A stretch of DNA of 64,000 bases from Promethearchaeia archaeon (GTDB lineage Archaea > Asgardarchaeota > Lokiarchaeia > Sigyniarchaeales > SOKP01). Of this stretch, positions 1-10,420 are shown piece by piece. The stretch spans positions 17,140 through 81,139 of the forward strand of contig JAHQWL010000096.1 of NCBI GenBank assembly GCA_029856155.1, in the 5' to 3' direction. The position numbers were made by a program, and so were the translations under genes. Every line of letters begins with the position of its first letter. The first letter of the stretch is position 1. The notes beneath the pieces are model-generated. The model ran no database searches. It had not been told where the DNA came from and saw only the letters and a list, made by a program, of their open reading frames with translations.

Positions 1-177
1 AAATCAATTCTGGCATTGTTTTCTAAAACACTAAATCAAATTACATGATTGAATATTAAATTATTTGGGTTTAAAATTTGTAATTTTTTATCAAATCATT
101 TCTGAATATTAGTATCGGAAAGTACTAAAATTCTTAAAATTTTATCTAGTAAAGTAAGAATATTAGATGAATTAACA

Positions 178-1200
178 TTGTCTAGTTCTAAATTTGAATT
201 AACTCAAATTAATGGAGTATATCGAATAAAAATAGCCGTTCCTTTCCCTGTCAAATACGTATGTGTTTATTTATTTAAACTTCAGGGAAAGAATATCCTT
301 ATAGATGCCGGTTTAAATATGGGCAATTGGAAAAAAAAATTATTCTCTGCTTTCGAAGATATTAATCTTTCAATTCAAGATATTGATTATTGCTTCATTA
401 CGCATATTCACACAGATCATATGGGTTTAGTTAAAATTCTTAAACAGAAAAATCCTAGACTTAAAATCTTAATGCATGATATAACTCATGATCTATTGAA
501 ATGGGAAACTAATGATGAGCAATTACCTGAATTAGAACAAGAAGCTAGACTAACTGCAAACCAATTGATAAATTATGGACTCAGTGAAGAACAAGGAAAT
601 AGAATTGTTCAGTTTTTTACATATTGGCCGAAATTTTTAGAGTATCAAAAACCTGATATTATAGTACACGATGGAGATATACTATTTGAGAGATTAGAAA
701 TTATTTGGACTCCAGGCCATAGTTTTGGTCATATTTGTATTTTTGATAAGGAAAATAAGTATCTTTTCTCGGGGGATCACATTTTGAGTCGAATTACACC
801 TCACATAGGGAATTTCATAATTCCTACTGATATGGCAGAAAAATACAAGGATCACGATTTTAATAATATTTTAAAGCATTATTTAGCCTCATTAGATAAA
901 ATAGACATGTTAAATCCAAAAATAATTTTCCCCGGGCACCAAGAGATAATTTACAATCCCCATGAACGAATTCAACAAATTAAAGAACATCATCAAAATA
1001 GATTAACAGAGATTTCAAGATTAATCAAAGATAATCCTATGACTGCTTTTAGAATATCTCAAATCCATTTTGGAGAAGATTTAGACGAAATGAATTCTTA
1101 TATGGCACTAAGCGAAGTGTTAGGACATCTTTTTTATCTTGAGGCAGAAGATAAAGTAAAAAAAGTTGAAAGAAATGGAAAACTTTTATATTATTGCTAA
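178..1200 (+). CDS. Metallo-beta-lactamase-fold hydrolase (glyoxalase II-like) with C-terminal winged-helix-like tail
   Basis: THIHTDH, TPGHS, SGDH and PGH metal-binding motifs; TTG start. Confidence 0.85.
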   Translation: MSSSKFELTQINGVYRIKIAVPFPVKYVCVYLFKLQGKNILIDAGLNMGNWKKKLFSAFEDINLSIQDIDYCFITHIHTDHMGLVKILKQKNPRLKILMHDITHDLLKWETNDEQLPELEQEARLTANQLINYGLSEEQGNRIVQFFTYWPKFLEYQKPDIIVHDGDILFERLEIIWTPGHSFGHICIFDKENKYLFSGDHILSRITPHIGNFIIPTDMAEKYKDHDFNNILKHYLASLDKIDMLNPKIIFPGHQEIIYNPHERIQQIKEHHQNRLTEISRLIKDNPMTAFRISQIHFGEDLDEMNSYMALSEVLGHLFYLEAEDKVKKVERNGKLLYYC

Positions 1201-1214
1201 TTTTAGTGAATAAT

Positions 1215-1805
1215 ATGATAGAGTGGATTAATTTTTCAATCCTAATTATCTCAACTATACTAATGGCATTTTTCTATATTAGAAGTGTAGGTCCTGCAAA
1301 ATTAGAAAAAAAAATAGGTGAAAAAGCCTATAGGAGATGTGGAAATTATCGAATTATTGCCAGTGTTTTTGAACTAATTACTGCTGTTAATTTTATTTTA
1401 TATTTCTTTTTTCCTTTACCAATTTGTATACCTCAATATTTTTTTTGGGATTATTGGATCTCTGTTATTCTTAGTTTATTCATTCTAATTCCATGTTTAT
1501 ATATTATGCTTAAGGGAGTTAAAGATGCTGGAAGAGAGGCTCTTTTCCCAGATAAAAAACATACTCTCTATGAAGGTATATACAACAAAATTCGACATCC
1601 TCAAGCACTTGGAGAAGTGTTTATTTGGTGGGTAATTGCATTAGTGTTAAACTCTCCCTTTCTTTTTCTATATTCTATTGTATGGTTTCCAATTTTTTAT
1701 TGGTTTTGTAAAGCAGAAGAAAAAGATTTAGAAATACGATATGGAGAACCGTATATTAACTATAAAAAGCAAACAGGAATGTTCTTTCCAAAGAAAAAAA
1801 GATAA
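1215..1805 (+). CDS. Isoprenylcysteine carboxyl methyltransferase (ICMT/Ste14-like) family membrane protein
   Basis: Multiple TM segments, IRHPQ motif and EE-x-L-x3-YG-x2-Y-x2-Y C-terminal motif; start moved to ATG 1215 to avoid overlap with the upstream gene. Confidence 0.75.
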   Translation: MIEWINFSILIISTILMAFFYIRSVGPAKLEKKIGEKAYRRCGNYRIIASVFELITAVNFILYFFFPLPICIPQYFFWDYWISVILSLFILIPCLYIMLKGVKDAGREALFPDKKHTLYEGIYNKIRHPQALGEVFIWWVIALVLNSPFLFLYSIVWFPIFYWFCKAEEKDLEIRYGEPYINYKKQTGMFFPKKKR

Positions 1806-1806
1806 T

Positions 1807-3594
1807 ATGATTTCAAATAATATGAAAGAAAGTAAAAATACTTCATGGAAACCCGTAGAAGGTCAGTTAATGACTCGATGGGTAAGTAAGATAGATCCTG
1901 AAAACCCACTTCCTAAGTATCCAAGACCGCAACTTAGACGGAAAGAATGGTTAAATTTGAATGGACTGTGGGATTATGCTATTCGCCCAAAAGAGCAAAA
2001 TTATATTGATAGCTTTGAAGGGAAGATCCTTGTTCCCTATCCTATAGAGTCCGCGTTATCTGGAGTAAAAAGAAAATTAGACCCTAAGCAAAAATTGTGG
2101 TATCATCAAACATTTACCATACCTGATTTATGGAATCAAAAGAAAATACTCTTACATTTTGGTGCTGTTGATTGGGAAACTACTATTTGGATTAATAAAA
2201 AGTTAGTAGGCATTCATAAAGGAGGATATACACCTTTTAATTTTGAAATTTCAGATTATCTGAATACCTCAAAAGTAAATGAAATAATTATATCTGTTTG
2301 GGATCCTACAGATAAAGGTTATCAAGAACGGGGTAAACAATCTTTAAATCCAAAAATAATATCCTATACTGCGGTGTCAGGTATTTGGCAGACAGTTTGG
2401 CTTGAGCCAGTCTCAGATACCTTTATTGAAAATTTGAAAATGGTTCCAAATATCGATAAGGAGAGTTTAAAACTTTTAGTGGAAGTCAAAGATCTACAAC
2501 CGAATGATGTAATACTTATAAGAATTTTTGAGAAGAATAGTCAAATTATAGCTGATCATGAAATCGTAGAAAAGGAAGTTGAGATTTATATTAAATCCCC
2601 TAAACTTTGGAGTCCAGAATCTCCTTATCTATATGATATAATAGTCGAGATAAAAAGAAATGATATAATATTAGATAAAGTAGAAAGTTATTTCGGGATG
2701 AGAAAAATTTCACTTAGTGAAGATAGTAATGGTATTAAACGTTTAGAATTAAATAATAAAGAGTTTTTCCAATATGGAACTCTCGATCAAGGATATTGGC
2801 CTGATGGACTATATACAGCACCAACTGATGAGGCACTTCGATATGATATTAAGATTACTAAAGAACTTGGTTTTAATTTTATTCGAAAACATGTTAAGGT
2901 AGAACCTGCTCGGTGGTACTATTATTGTGATACAATAGAAATTTTAGTTTGGCAAGATATGCCCAATGGAGGATTTACTAAAATTACAGGGATCCCAAAT
3001 AATGTAAATGAATATAAAGAAACAAGGAAAGATCCTGATAAAAAAAACTATTTGAATGAGTTAGATTCAATGATAAAATCATTAATCAATTCACCTTCAA
3101 TTGTTACATGGGTTCCATTTAATGAAGGATGGGGTCAGTTTGATACAAATGGCGTTTGTGAGAAAATAAAAAAACTTGATCCCTCTCGTTTAGTAGATGC
3201 TGCAAGTGGATGGTATGATGTAGGGGTTGGAGATATATGTGATCGACATAGCTATCCAAATCCTATAATGCCACTAAAAGATAAAATTAATTCTCGTGCT
3301 GCTGTAGTTGGTGAATTTGGGGGTTTAGGTTTAGAAATTATAGATCATATGTGGAAGTTTCAAAATAAATTTGTTTACCGAAATTTCCAAGATAAAGATG
3401 AATTAATTGAAAAATATGAAAAGTTAATCTCAAAGCTTAAAAGATTAATTCTAAAGGGATTGAGTGCTGCAATTTATACTCAAATCACTGATGTTGAACA
3501 GGAGATTAATGGTTTACTTACTTATGATCGTGAAATAATAAAGATGGATAAAAAGAAGATATGTGAATTAAACTTGAGTTTATACAAAATTTAG
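1807..3594 (+). CDS. Glycoside hydrolase family 2 (beta-galactosidase/glucuronidase-like)
   Basis: YPRPQ, LNGLW, LHFGAVDW, SGIWQTVWLE, acid/base motif WVPFNEGWGQ, nucleophile motif GEFGG; likely start ATG 1807 or 1822. Confidence 0.9.
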   Translation: MISNNMKESKNTSWKPVEGQLMTRWVSKIDPENPLPKYPRPQLRRKEWLNLNGLWDYAIRPKEQNYIDSFEGKILVPYPIESALSGVKRKLDPKQKLWYHQTFTIPDLWNQKKILLHFGAVDWETTIWINKKLVGIHKGGYTPFNFEISDYLNTSKVNEIIISVWDPTDKGYQERGKQSLNPKIISYTAVSGIWQTVWLEPVSDTFIENLKMVPNIDKESLKLLVEVKDLQPNDVILIRIFEKNSQIIADHEIVEKEVEIYIKSPKLWSPESPYLYDIIVEIKRNDIILDKVESYFGMRKISLSEDSNGIKRLELNNKEFFQYGTLDQGYWPDGLYTAPTDEALRYDIKITKELGFNFIRKHVKVEPARWYYYCDTIEILVWQDMPNGGFTKITGIPNNVNEYKETRKDPDKKNYLNELDSMIKSLINSPSIVTWVPFNEGWGQFDTNGVCEKIKKLDPSRLVDAASGWYDVGVGDICDRHSYPNPIMPLKDKINSRAAVVGEFGGLGLEIIDHMWKFQNKFVYRNFQDKDELIEKYEKLISKLKRLILKGLSAAIYTQITDVEQEINGLLTYDREIIKMDKKKICELNLSLYKI

Positions 3595-3867
3595 TAATTT
3601 TTAAAAAAGGGAGGACGTAAATATCTAAATAACTTAAATTCCAATTGGAAATTTTTTATAATTATTTCCTTAAATATAGTGCCAAAGGGCATCCTTTTTT
3701 ATGAATTACTCTCTATATAACAGCTTTTGATGTTTTAAGAACTATTAATTAGAGAATTGGATGATTATGAACTGTATTTGTTTTTTTAAAAAAAAAACAA
3801 TAATATAGCAAGTAATCTTTTAATTCCCAATTTATTTTAACTTAATTGATAATAATAAAACAATAAA

Positions 3868-4434
3868 ATGTCAGCTATTATTGAAAACTTAAGAGAAGCA
3901 ATTAACGGAGAAAGCAATGCGAAACGAAAATATGAAATTTATGCTGAAAGAGCAAGAGAAGAAAATCTTCCGGAGATTGCTCATTTATTTAAGGCTATAT
4001 CAACTGCAGAAGCAATTCATATTAAAAATCATATTAGAGCACTTGAAGTGATAACTAATTCAAAGGTTAATGTAGAAGATTTCGTTGAGATTAATGAAGT
4101 TGTATTAGAGAATAATTCAAAAGATACTAAGTTAAATCTAATTGATGCTATAAATGGCGAAACTTATGAAACGAAACATATGTACAAAAATTTTATAAAG
4201 AGTTCAAAAAAAGAGGGAAATGAAGTAGCAGAGTTATCTTTTTCATTAGCAAGAAAAGCAGAAAAAGTTCATGCAAAAATATTCAGTGATTACTTAAAAA
4301 AACTAGAAAAACATGAAATTATAGATACACAAAAAATTTTTGTATGTCAGATTTGTGGAAATGTAGAATTCGGCATTCCTCCATCAGTATGTCCTATATG
4401 CGATCATACTGAGAAATTCTTTAAAGAAATTTAA
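3868..4434 (+). CDS. rbr: Rubrerythrin
   Basis: GES..A, EAIH, GETYE and EKVH diiron motifs plus C-terminal rubredoxin CQICG...CPIC. Confidence 0.92.
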   Translation: MSAIIENLREAINGESNAKRKYEIYAERAREENLPEIAHLFKAISTAEAIHIKNHIRALEVITNSKVNVEDFVEINEVVLENNSKDTKLNLIDAINGETYETKHMYKNFIKSSKKEGNEVAELSFSLARKAEKVHAKIFSDYLKKLEKHEIIDTQKIFVCQICGNVEFGIPPSVCPICDHTEKFFKEI

Positions 4435-4449
4435 GAAGTATTTTTCTTT

Positions 4450-5160
4450 TTAAACGGTAGTAATTAATTGTTCAAGCATAGTACCAATACCATATGATGC
4501 GATAAACGCGACAATCCCAATTATTATCATTTCTAATCCACTTTTTAGTGTACTTTCCCCTGTGATTTTAGTTTTTAAAGCACCAGCAATAAATAACATT
4601 GAGAAAGAGACTACTGAAGATATTATTAATGAAATAAAGCCTATATCAAAAAAGTAGGCAAATAGAGTTAAAAACGATCCAGAAACAAATGATAGAAATG
4701 TAAATATAGCTCCTAATATAGGATTTTCTGGTTCCTCTAATCCTAACTCACTCTTTGTTAGAAAATCAAGCCAAACTTGTTTATTTGAAGTAATAGTGTG
4801 GACACACGAATTCAGCGTGTCGCCATCAAGTCCCATTTTTTCGAAAATCTCCCTAACCTCTTCTTTTTCTTCCTCGGGAAAAAGTTCAATTTCTGCTCTT
4901 TCCTTTTTTAATTCATTTTTGATATAATTATATTCAGATTTACTCGAAATATATTCTCCAAGTCCCATACTAATTGCCCCTGAAACCATAGCAGCAAATC
5001 CTGTCAATATAACTATAGAGTTACTACCTGTGGATGCGATTGTAGCTGCTGCAACTCCAACTAATAGTGTAAAAGTTGAAATCAATCCATCATTTAATCC
5101 TAAGAGTATACTACGGATCTTTCCTCCGCCAACAATATGCTCCTCTTGCCTAGAACTCAA
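4450..5160 (-). CDS. VIT1/CCC1 family iron/manganese transporter
   Basis: LGLNDGL, SGAISMGLGEYIS and EELG-like (SELGL) motifs; GGTGA Shine-Dalgarno (SD)-like site before TTG start. Confidence 0.9.
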   Translation of the reverse strand: MSSRQEEHIVGGGKIRSILLGLNDGLISTFTLLVGVAAATIASTGSNSIVILTGFAAMVSGAISMGLGEYISSKSEYNYIKNELKKERAEIELFPEEEKEEVREIFEKMGLDGDTLNSCVHTITSNKQVWLDFLTKSELGLEEPENPILGAIFTFLSFVSGSFLTLFAYFFDIGFISLIISSVVSFSMLFIAGALKTKITGESTLKSGLEMIIIGIVAFIASYGIGTMLEQLITTV

Positions 5161-5302
5161 TTTAAATCACCAAAAGTATTATATTTTTAATCTCATTTCA
5201 AGATCCTGAAATGAAAATATAGTAGTAATTATAATAAGATATAAAAAAAATTGATATTTGAAAAGAATTACTTAAATTATATAAATTTGAAAATAAATTA
5301 GA

Positions 5303-6370
5303 ATGACTTTTATGACGGAAAGAATTACGAATAAAGATATTAAACAGCAAAAAAGTAAATTATTTGCCAAATTAGCAATCGCGGCAAAGCAAGCAAAAGA
5401 CAGTGGAGGGAAACCATTTGTTTTCCATTTTCTTACGACATTACGATGTAACTGTAACTGTGACTCTTGTTTTTGGAAAGATAATTCAGTTAAAAATGAA
5501 TTGACCTTAGAAGAAATTAAGCGTATATATTTGGAAGCTAAGAAAGAAGGTTTTTTTATCTCTATTCTTTGGGGAGGTGAACCTACCCTTCGTAAAGACA
5601 TTACCGATATTATAAAATTTGCTAAACATGAAGCCAAATTTGCGTTTATAGGAATGGTCACGAATGGATTTCTCATACCAAAACGTATCTCTGAATTTGG
5701 GGATGATATTGACCTTATTCTTCTGTCTCTAGATTCTCCTGTACGAGAAGAACATGATAAAATTAGGTCATTGCCTGGATTATACGATAATATAATGAAA
5801 TCGGTTGAAATAATTAAAAGGGATTATCCTCTCATTTCTTTACAATTTAGTTTTTCTATTAGTAAATTTAATATTCATCGTGTTGATGAAATGATTGCTC
5901 TCGGTGATAAACTAGAGATTCCCATAGCATTTAATGTAATAAATACCATACGCCACTATTCATATGGTGATATGGATGAAAAAGGAGATCTTTCTGCAAC
6001 GGACCAGGAAATAAGCGATGCTTTTTCAAGAATTTTAGAAGCAAAAAGGAATAACTCTCATATATTAAACTCAGAAATGTACTTGAAACATTTCATCGGA
6101 GGAAAGAAAACTTATCGATGCCATGCAAGGAAAGTCTTCATGTTTGTTAATTCTAATGGTGATATCGAAGATTGTCTTCGATTAGATAGACCAATCGCAA
6201 ATTTACGAGAAACTTCTGTTAAAGAAGTCATGAATTTAACACGATTTCAACAATATTTAAAAGAAGCAGAAAACTGCGACAGTTGTAATTCTCCTACTAT
6301 GATAGATACTAGTTATGCTTGGGAAGATTGGAGCTTAATAACAAAATCAGGTGGAATTTCCTTTGGATAA
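5303..6370 (+). CDS. Radical SAM protein with C-terminal Twitch/SPASM-like cysteines
   Basis: CNCNCDSC (CxxxCxxC), GGEP, TNG, SLDS; C-terminal C...GDIEDC...CDSC. Confidence 0.88.
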   Translation: MTFMTERITNKDIKQQKSKLFAKLAIAAKQAKDSGGKPFVFHFLTTLRCNCNCDSCFWKDNSVKNELTLEEIKRIYLEAKKEGFFISILWGGEPTLRKDITDIIKFAKHEAKFAFIGMVTNGFLIPKRISEFGDDIDLILLSLDSPVREEHDKIRSLPGLYDNIMKSVEIIKRDYPLISLQFSFSISKFNIHRVDEMIALGDKLEIPIAFNVINTIRHYSYGDMDEKGDLSATDQEISDAFSRILEAKRNNSHILNSEMYLKHFIGGKKTYRCHARKVFMFVNSNGDIEDCLRLDRPIANLRETSVKEVMNLTRFQQYLKEAENCDSCNSPTMIDTSYAWEDWSLITKSGGISFG

Positions 6371-6459
6371 TAGTGTAAGCAGATTGAATAAAATAATAAG
6401 AAATAAATAAAATAGACAAAATATAATATTAGAATAAAGAATCAACTCTGGTTTTTAAA

Positions 6460-7551
6460 TTGAGTAGTATAGGTTTAGAAGAAATCAAGAAATTGCTAAA
6501 AGAATATCCTTTAATAAAGGATCGTGATATTATATCCAAAATTATAAATGGAGAGAAACTTTCTGAGTTTGAATTGACGCGAGCTTTTCAAATGTCACTT
6601 CCTCTATTCACTTTAATGGTATTGAACAAAAGATTTGAAAAGAATAAACAAATTATTGAGGATAAGTGGTCAAGTACTAAATTTAACAAATTAGATGGTA
6701 TGGGCACAGTTAAAAATTTGGAGATTATTCCTCTTATTGATTATCATGCTGAAAATAATCTCTTCACTGAAAATGGAGTTTCTTATTATATTAAAGCTGA
6801 TGATATTGGTATTTTATATGATACAGGTTTAAATCCTAATAGAAAGCATCCATCTCCCCTTCTAAAGAATATGGAGGCTTTAGGTATCACTATAGATGAC
6901 TTTAAATATATTTTCATTTCACACTTGCATGGTGATCATGTGGGAGGTTTAAAATGGGCTCAGAAAAATACATTTTCACTGTCAGAAACCCAACTTAACC
7001 TAAGTCATGTGAAAGCGTTTACTCCTGTTCCCATGACTCATCCTACTGCCACATTAAGCCAAGTAAAAGGTCCAGAGGTTATAGCAGATGGCATAGCTTC
7101 TATCGGTCCTATACATAATCCTTTGTTTTTTTTTAGAGATATTTACGAACAGGCCATGGCTATCAATGTTGAAGGAAAAGGGATTGTAATTATTGTCGGT
7201 TGTGGACATCAAGGAATTAAAAAGATAATAGATCGTGTTGAAGCGTTGTTTGATACTCGGATTTATGGAGTTATAGGAGGACTACATTTACCTATCCCAG
7301 AATTTCCCGGTAATGAAGATAATTGGTCAGGATTGCCTATACATAAATTTATCATGACAAAAAGACCACCATGGGAACCATGGGATAAAAAAGATCGAGA
7401 TTTCGCTTTAGATTACCTAAAGGCTAGAAATCCTAAGTTAGTGGCACTTTCACCTCATGATAGCAGCATAGAGAGCATTAATATTTTTAAAGAGACGTTT
7501 AAAGAGGCTTATTTTGATTTAAAAGTTGGTAAAGTTATCAAATTACCATAA
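6460..7551 (+). CDS. MBL-fold metallo-hydrolase (dihydropteroate-synthase-like/MJ0301-like MBL subfamily)
   Basis: ENGVSY, YDTG, SHLHGDHVGG, EQAM, GCGH and GGLH motifs. Confidence 0.75.
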   Translation: MSSIGLEEIKKLLKEYPLIKDRDIISKIINGEKLSEFELTRAFQMSLPLFTLMVLNKRFEKNKQIIEDKWSSTKFNKLDGMGTVKNLEIIPLIDYHAENNLFTENGVSYYIKADDIGILYDTGLNPNRKHPSPLLKNMEALGITIDDFKYIFISHLHGDHVGGLKWAQKNTFSLSETQLNLSHVKAFTPVPMTHPTATLSQVKGPEVIADGIASIGPIHNPLFFFRDIYEQAMAINVEGKGIVIIVGCGHQGIKKIIDRVEALFDTRIYGVIGGLHLPIPEFPGNEDNWSGLPIHKFIMTKRPPWEPWDKKDRDFALDYLKARNPKLVALSPHDSSIESINIFKETFKEAYFDLKVGKVIKLP

Positions 7552-7576
7552 TAAAAAAAATAAAAAGAAATTAAAT

Positions 7577-8509
7577 TTAAGCTTGAATTACTTCCATCAA
7601 TTTAGGAAATATTCGGGGATAATGAACAGCCATACAATGTACGCCAGCTAATAAGCCCTTTTTCTTTAGTTCGGAAATAAAGGGCTTGAAAAACTCATAG
7701 TTTGCTTGATCATACAATCTTTTCTGTTCCTTTTTATCATCCTTAAATTCTGTTTTAATATTTTTCCATTTAGCCAAAATATCTTTAGGAACATCAACTC
7801 CAGGAACAAATGTATCAAAACCCTTGGCAATACCATAGCTCTTCATTGGAAAAATTCCAAGTAAAACTGGAACGTTATACCTTTTGATCTCACTTAAAAA
7901 TTCAATGGTTCGATCCAAATCATATACAACTTGAGTCTGTATAAATTCACATCCAGCCTCGGCTTTCCTTCCAATTTTTAAAATTTCAGCCTCCATAGGA
8001 TCGGAATTTGGATTTGCAGCCGCACCAACATGAAAAGTTGGAGCATGTTCAATTTCATGGCCATTTATGGAACCTTTATCAACCATCTCTCGTATTAATT
8101 TAACTAAAGTTGCAGAATCAAGATCAAATACAGGTTTAGATTCTGGCATATCTCCAAGGGCAGGATGATCACCAGTAAGAGATAACACATTTCTCAAACC
8201 CAATGCATGAGCTCCCATAATCATTCCAGCTATGCCTAATTTATTCACATCTCTTACTGTAAGTTGCCAAATCACTTCCAATCCAGCTTCTTTTTGGATA
8301 ATATGAGAAGCAGCCATACTATTAATTGTTACTATCCCTAAAGGACTATCAGTGACATTGGCAGCAACTACGTAGGGAGCCATTTCTTTGGCTTCTTGAA
8401 TAGTATGGGAGAGATCACACGTTTTTTCGGGCTCTAACTCACCAGTTAGTATAAAATCCCCATTTGTTAACTTTTCACCTAATTTAGAATAAACTTTTTT
8501 TTCTGCCAT
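7577..8509 (-). CDS. metF: Methylenetetrahydrofolate reductase MetF (copy 1)
   Basis: TGELEP, ANVTDSP, QLTVRD, LTGDHP, DLDS, AAANP, FIQTQ. Confidence 0.9.
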   Translation of the reverse strand: MAEKKVYSKLGEKLTNGDFILTGELEPEKTCDLSHTIQEAKEMAPYVVAANVTDSPLGIVTINSMAASHIIQKEAGLEVIWQLTVRDVNKLGIAGMIMGAHALGLRNVLSLTGDHPALGDMPESKPVFDLDSATLVKLIREMVDKGSINGHEIEHAPTFHVGAAANPNSDPMEAEILKIGRKAEAGCEFIQTQVVYDLDRTIEFLSEIKRYNVPVLLGIFPMKSYGIAKGFDTFVPGVDVPKDILAKWKNIKTEFKDDKKEQKRLYDQANYEFFKPFISELKKKGLLAGVHCMAVHYPRIFPKLMEVIQA

Positions 8510-8516
8510 TTTAACT

Positions 8517-9188
8517 CTACCTCCATACTACTTCTCGTTGATGACCAGATTCGCTCCAATCCACTGGATCTCTCAATTTGGAGAATAAATCTAATCTCCC
8601 TATTTCTTTCAATCGATTATAAATTAAAACCCAGCCACAATCTTTCTCGTAATTGCCAACTTCACATTTACCATTAACCATTCCACCGCATGGCCCATTC
8701 ATAAGCGATTTAGCACATGTGGTTATGGGACAAATACCTCCTGTTTCATTTAATAGACAATCACCACACCCTCGACATCGCATATAAAATCTGCCAATTC
8801 TCTCCGTCATCCCCATAAATTCTGTATTATTTGTAACAAACACTCTCTTTTCTGGATATTTTTTAGATAGCACCTGAATTATTGATTGAACCCCAAGTCC
8901 GCAACTTAAAGTGACAATAGAATCAGCTTCTTGAACATCAGCATCATTTTTACGTACAACTTTAGCCATTTCCCTATTATCACAGACATCATCTACAACC
9001 ATGCCATTAACTATTTCATATCCTTCTTTCTCTAAGATTTCTTTCCATTCCTCTAAACCTTTTTCACCACCTGTTTGACATAATGCTGAACAAACCCCAC
9101 AACTTACAAGAAACAATTTTTTAGCATTATTATCTTTCAGAACATTAAGGACTTCCTCTACCGGCTTTTTAGTAGTTATAACAACCAT
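8517..9188 (-). CDS. metV: MTHFR small Fe-S subunit MetV (copy 1)
   Basis: CGVCSALCQTGG, CGLGVQ, CRGCGDC...GICPITTCAKSLMNGPCGG...KCEV...CGW; directly upstream of metF; ATG 9188 preferred over GTG 9197. Confidence 0.88.
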   Translation of the reverse strand: MVVITTKKPVEEVLNVLKDNNAKKLFLVSCGVCSALCQTGGEKGLEEWKEILEKEGYEIVNGMVVDDVCDNREMAKVVRKNDADVQEADSIVTLSCGLGVQSIIQVLSKKYPEKRVFVTNNTEFMGMTERIGRFYMRCRGCGDCLLNETGGICPITTCAKSLMNGPCGGMVNGKCEVGNYEKDCGWVLIYNRLKEIGRLDLFSKLRDPVDWSESGHQREVVWR

Positions 9189-9413
9189 TTTTTTCACAAA
9201 TTTTTTTTTTTTTAAAAGGTATTTTTTAATCTTAAGTAGTGAAATTAATCAAGATATTTATTATTTTGAGTTATGAAATGTAACGTTTCGAAAAGAAAAA
9301 TATTAAAAATAAAAATTTATATGATAAAAAAGAAACTATTATACCTAAAAGAGTTAAATTTTAGACCCCTTTCACGTTCACAGTCCAATTAATAAAGAGT
9401 ATAATCAAAGGTC

Positions 9414-10388
9414 ATGATATTCAATTCTTTACCACCAGAAGGATATCCCGAAGGATATCACTTAGGACCATCTCTAGTTCTTTGGTTAATATTAATAGCC
9501 CTACAAATGTTCTATGGCACATTTTTACTACTTCAAGCATACAAATCACATTTGATCAATGAAAAAGAAATTTATAGGGGAACTGGCTTTCTTTGTGTTG
9601 GAGGAGGATTCCTTTTTTTATTAATGCAGATTGGAGTTTTTATGCCTGAGGATTATTTCTTATACTATTTTGGCGGATGCATTGTTTTATTAGCTTTAGA
9701 CACATTTTATTTCTATTATTGGGAAAAAAATTTAGTCAATTTGAAGAAAATACCCACATTAATCATTTTAATTAATTTTTCAATATACATTATCACTTTT
9801 CTTATAATATTATTGTTTAGGGTCTCGCCAATTGTATTTATTTCTTTAATAGAGATGTTAACTATATTTTCAGGTTTATTAGCTAATTGTTTCATAATTA
9901 TTTTTGTATTCTTATTTACGAGAAGGGTAAAAGGAACACTTAGAAAAAAAGGTATATTGTTAATCATTGGAAGTAGTAGCTTTTTCTTAGGTCAATTTAT
10001 CGACCATCCACCAGGGATGTTCTTATTTCCCAGCTTATTTATTCTTTTAAGCCCACTGGTTTTTATGATTAGTTTTAGCTTTATTTTTTTTGGTATCAAA
10101 GGGATCGCAGATAACGTGTCTTCGTACTATAACCAAGTACACATTTGCCTTGTTCACCGTGGAAAAATAACGGCGGAAAGATCCATCTATTATTGCCCTA
10201 AATGTTCCACGATTTACTGTCAAGATTGTTACGAGCAAGTTGTCAGGCATGATGGCTGCTGGAATTGCGGAGAACGTGGAAAGGACATGTCAAAAGTTAA
10301 ATCAGAGGAACGATTAAAAGACGAAGAAATAATAGTGAAAGATGGAAGCAAAGAAACCCCTAAAAAGATTAATAATCACAAATTATAA
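9414..10388 (+). CDS. Seven-TM membrane protein with C-terminal 8-ligand RING-like Zn finger
   Basis: Seven hydrophobic stretches followed by CLVH-x12-CPKC-x4-CQDC-x9-CWNC. Confidence 0.75.
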   Translation: MIFNSLPPEGYPEGYHLGPSLVLWLILIALQMFYGTFLLLQAYKSHLINEKEIYRGTGFLCVGGGFLFLLMQIGVFMPEDYFLYYFGGCIVLLALDTFYFYYWEKNLVNLKKIPTLIILINFSIYIITFLIILLFRVSPIVFISLIEMLTIFSGLLANCFIIIFVFLFTRRVKGTLRKKGILLIIGSSSFFLGQFIDHPPGMFLFPSLFILLSPLVFMISFSFIFFGIKGIADNVSSYYNQVHICLVHRGKITAERSIYYCPKCSTIYCQDCYEQVVRHDGCWNCGERGKDMSKVKSEERLKDEEIIVKDGSKETPKKINNHKL

Positions 10389-10420
10389 TGCATAAAGCTT
10401 AAAAAAATAAAATATTGAAT

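Noticed and set aside
9201-9213. T13 homopolymer upstream of metV as a phase-variation switch
   Set aside because: Long A/T runs are common in this AT-rich intergenic DNA, and there is no evidence of length variation.
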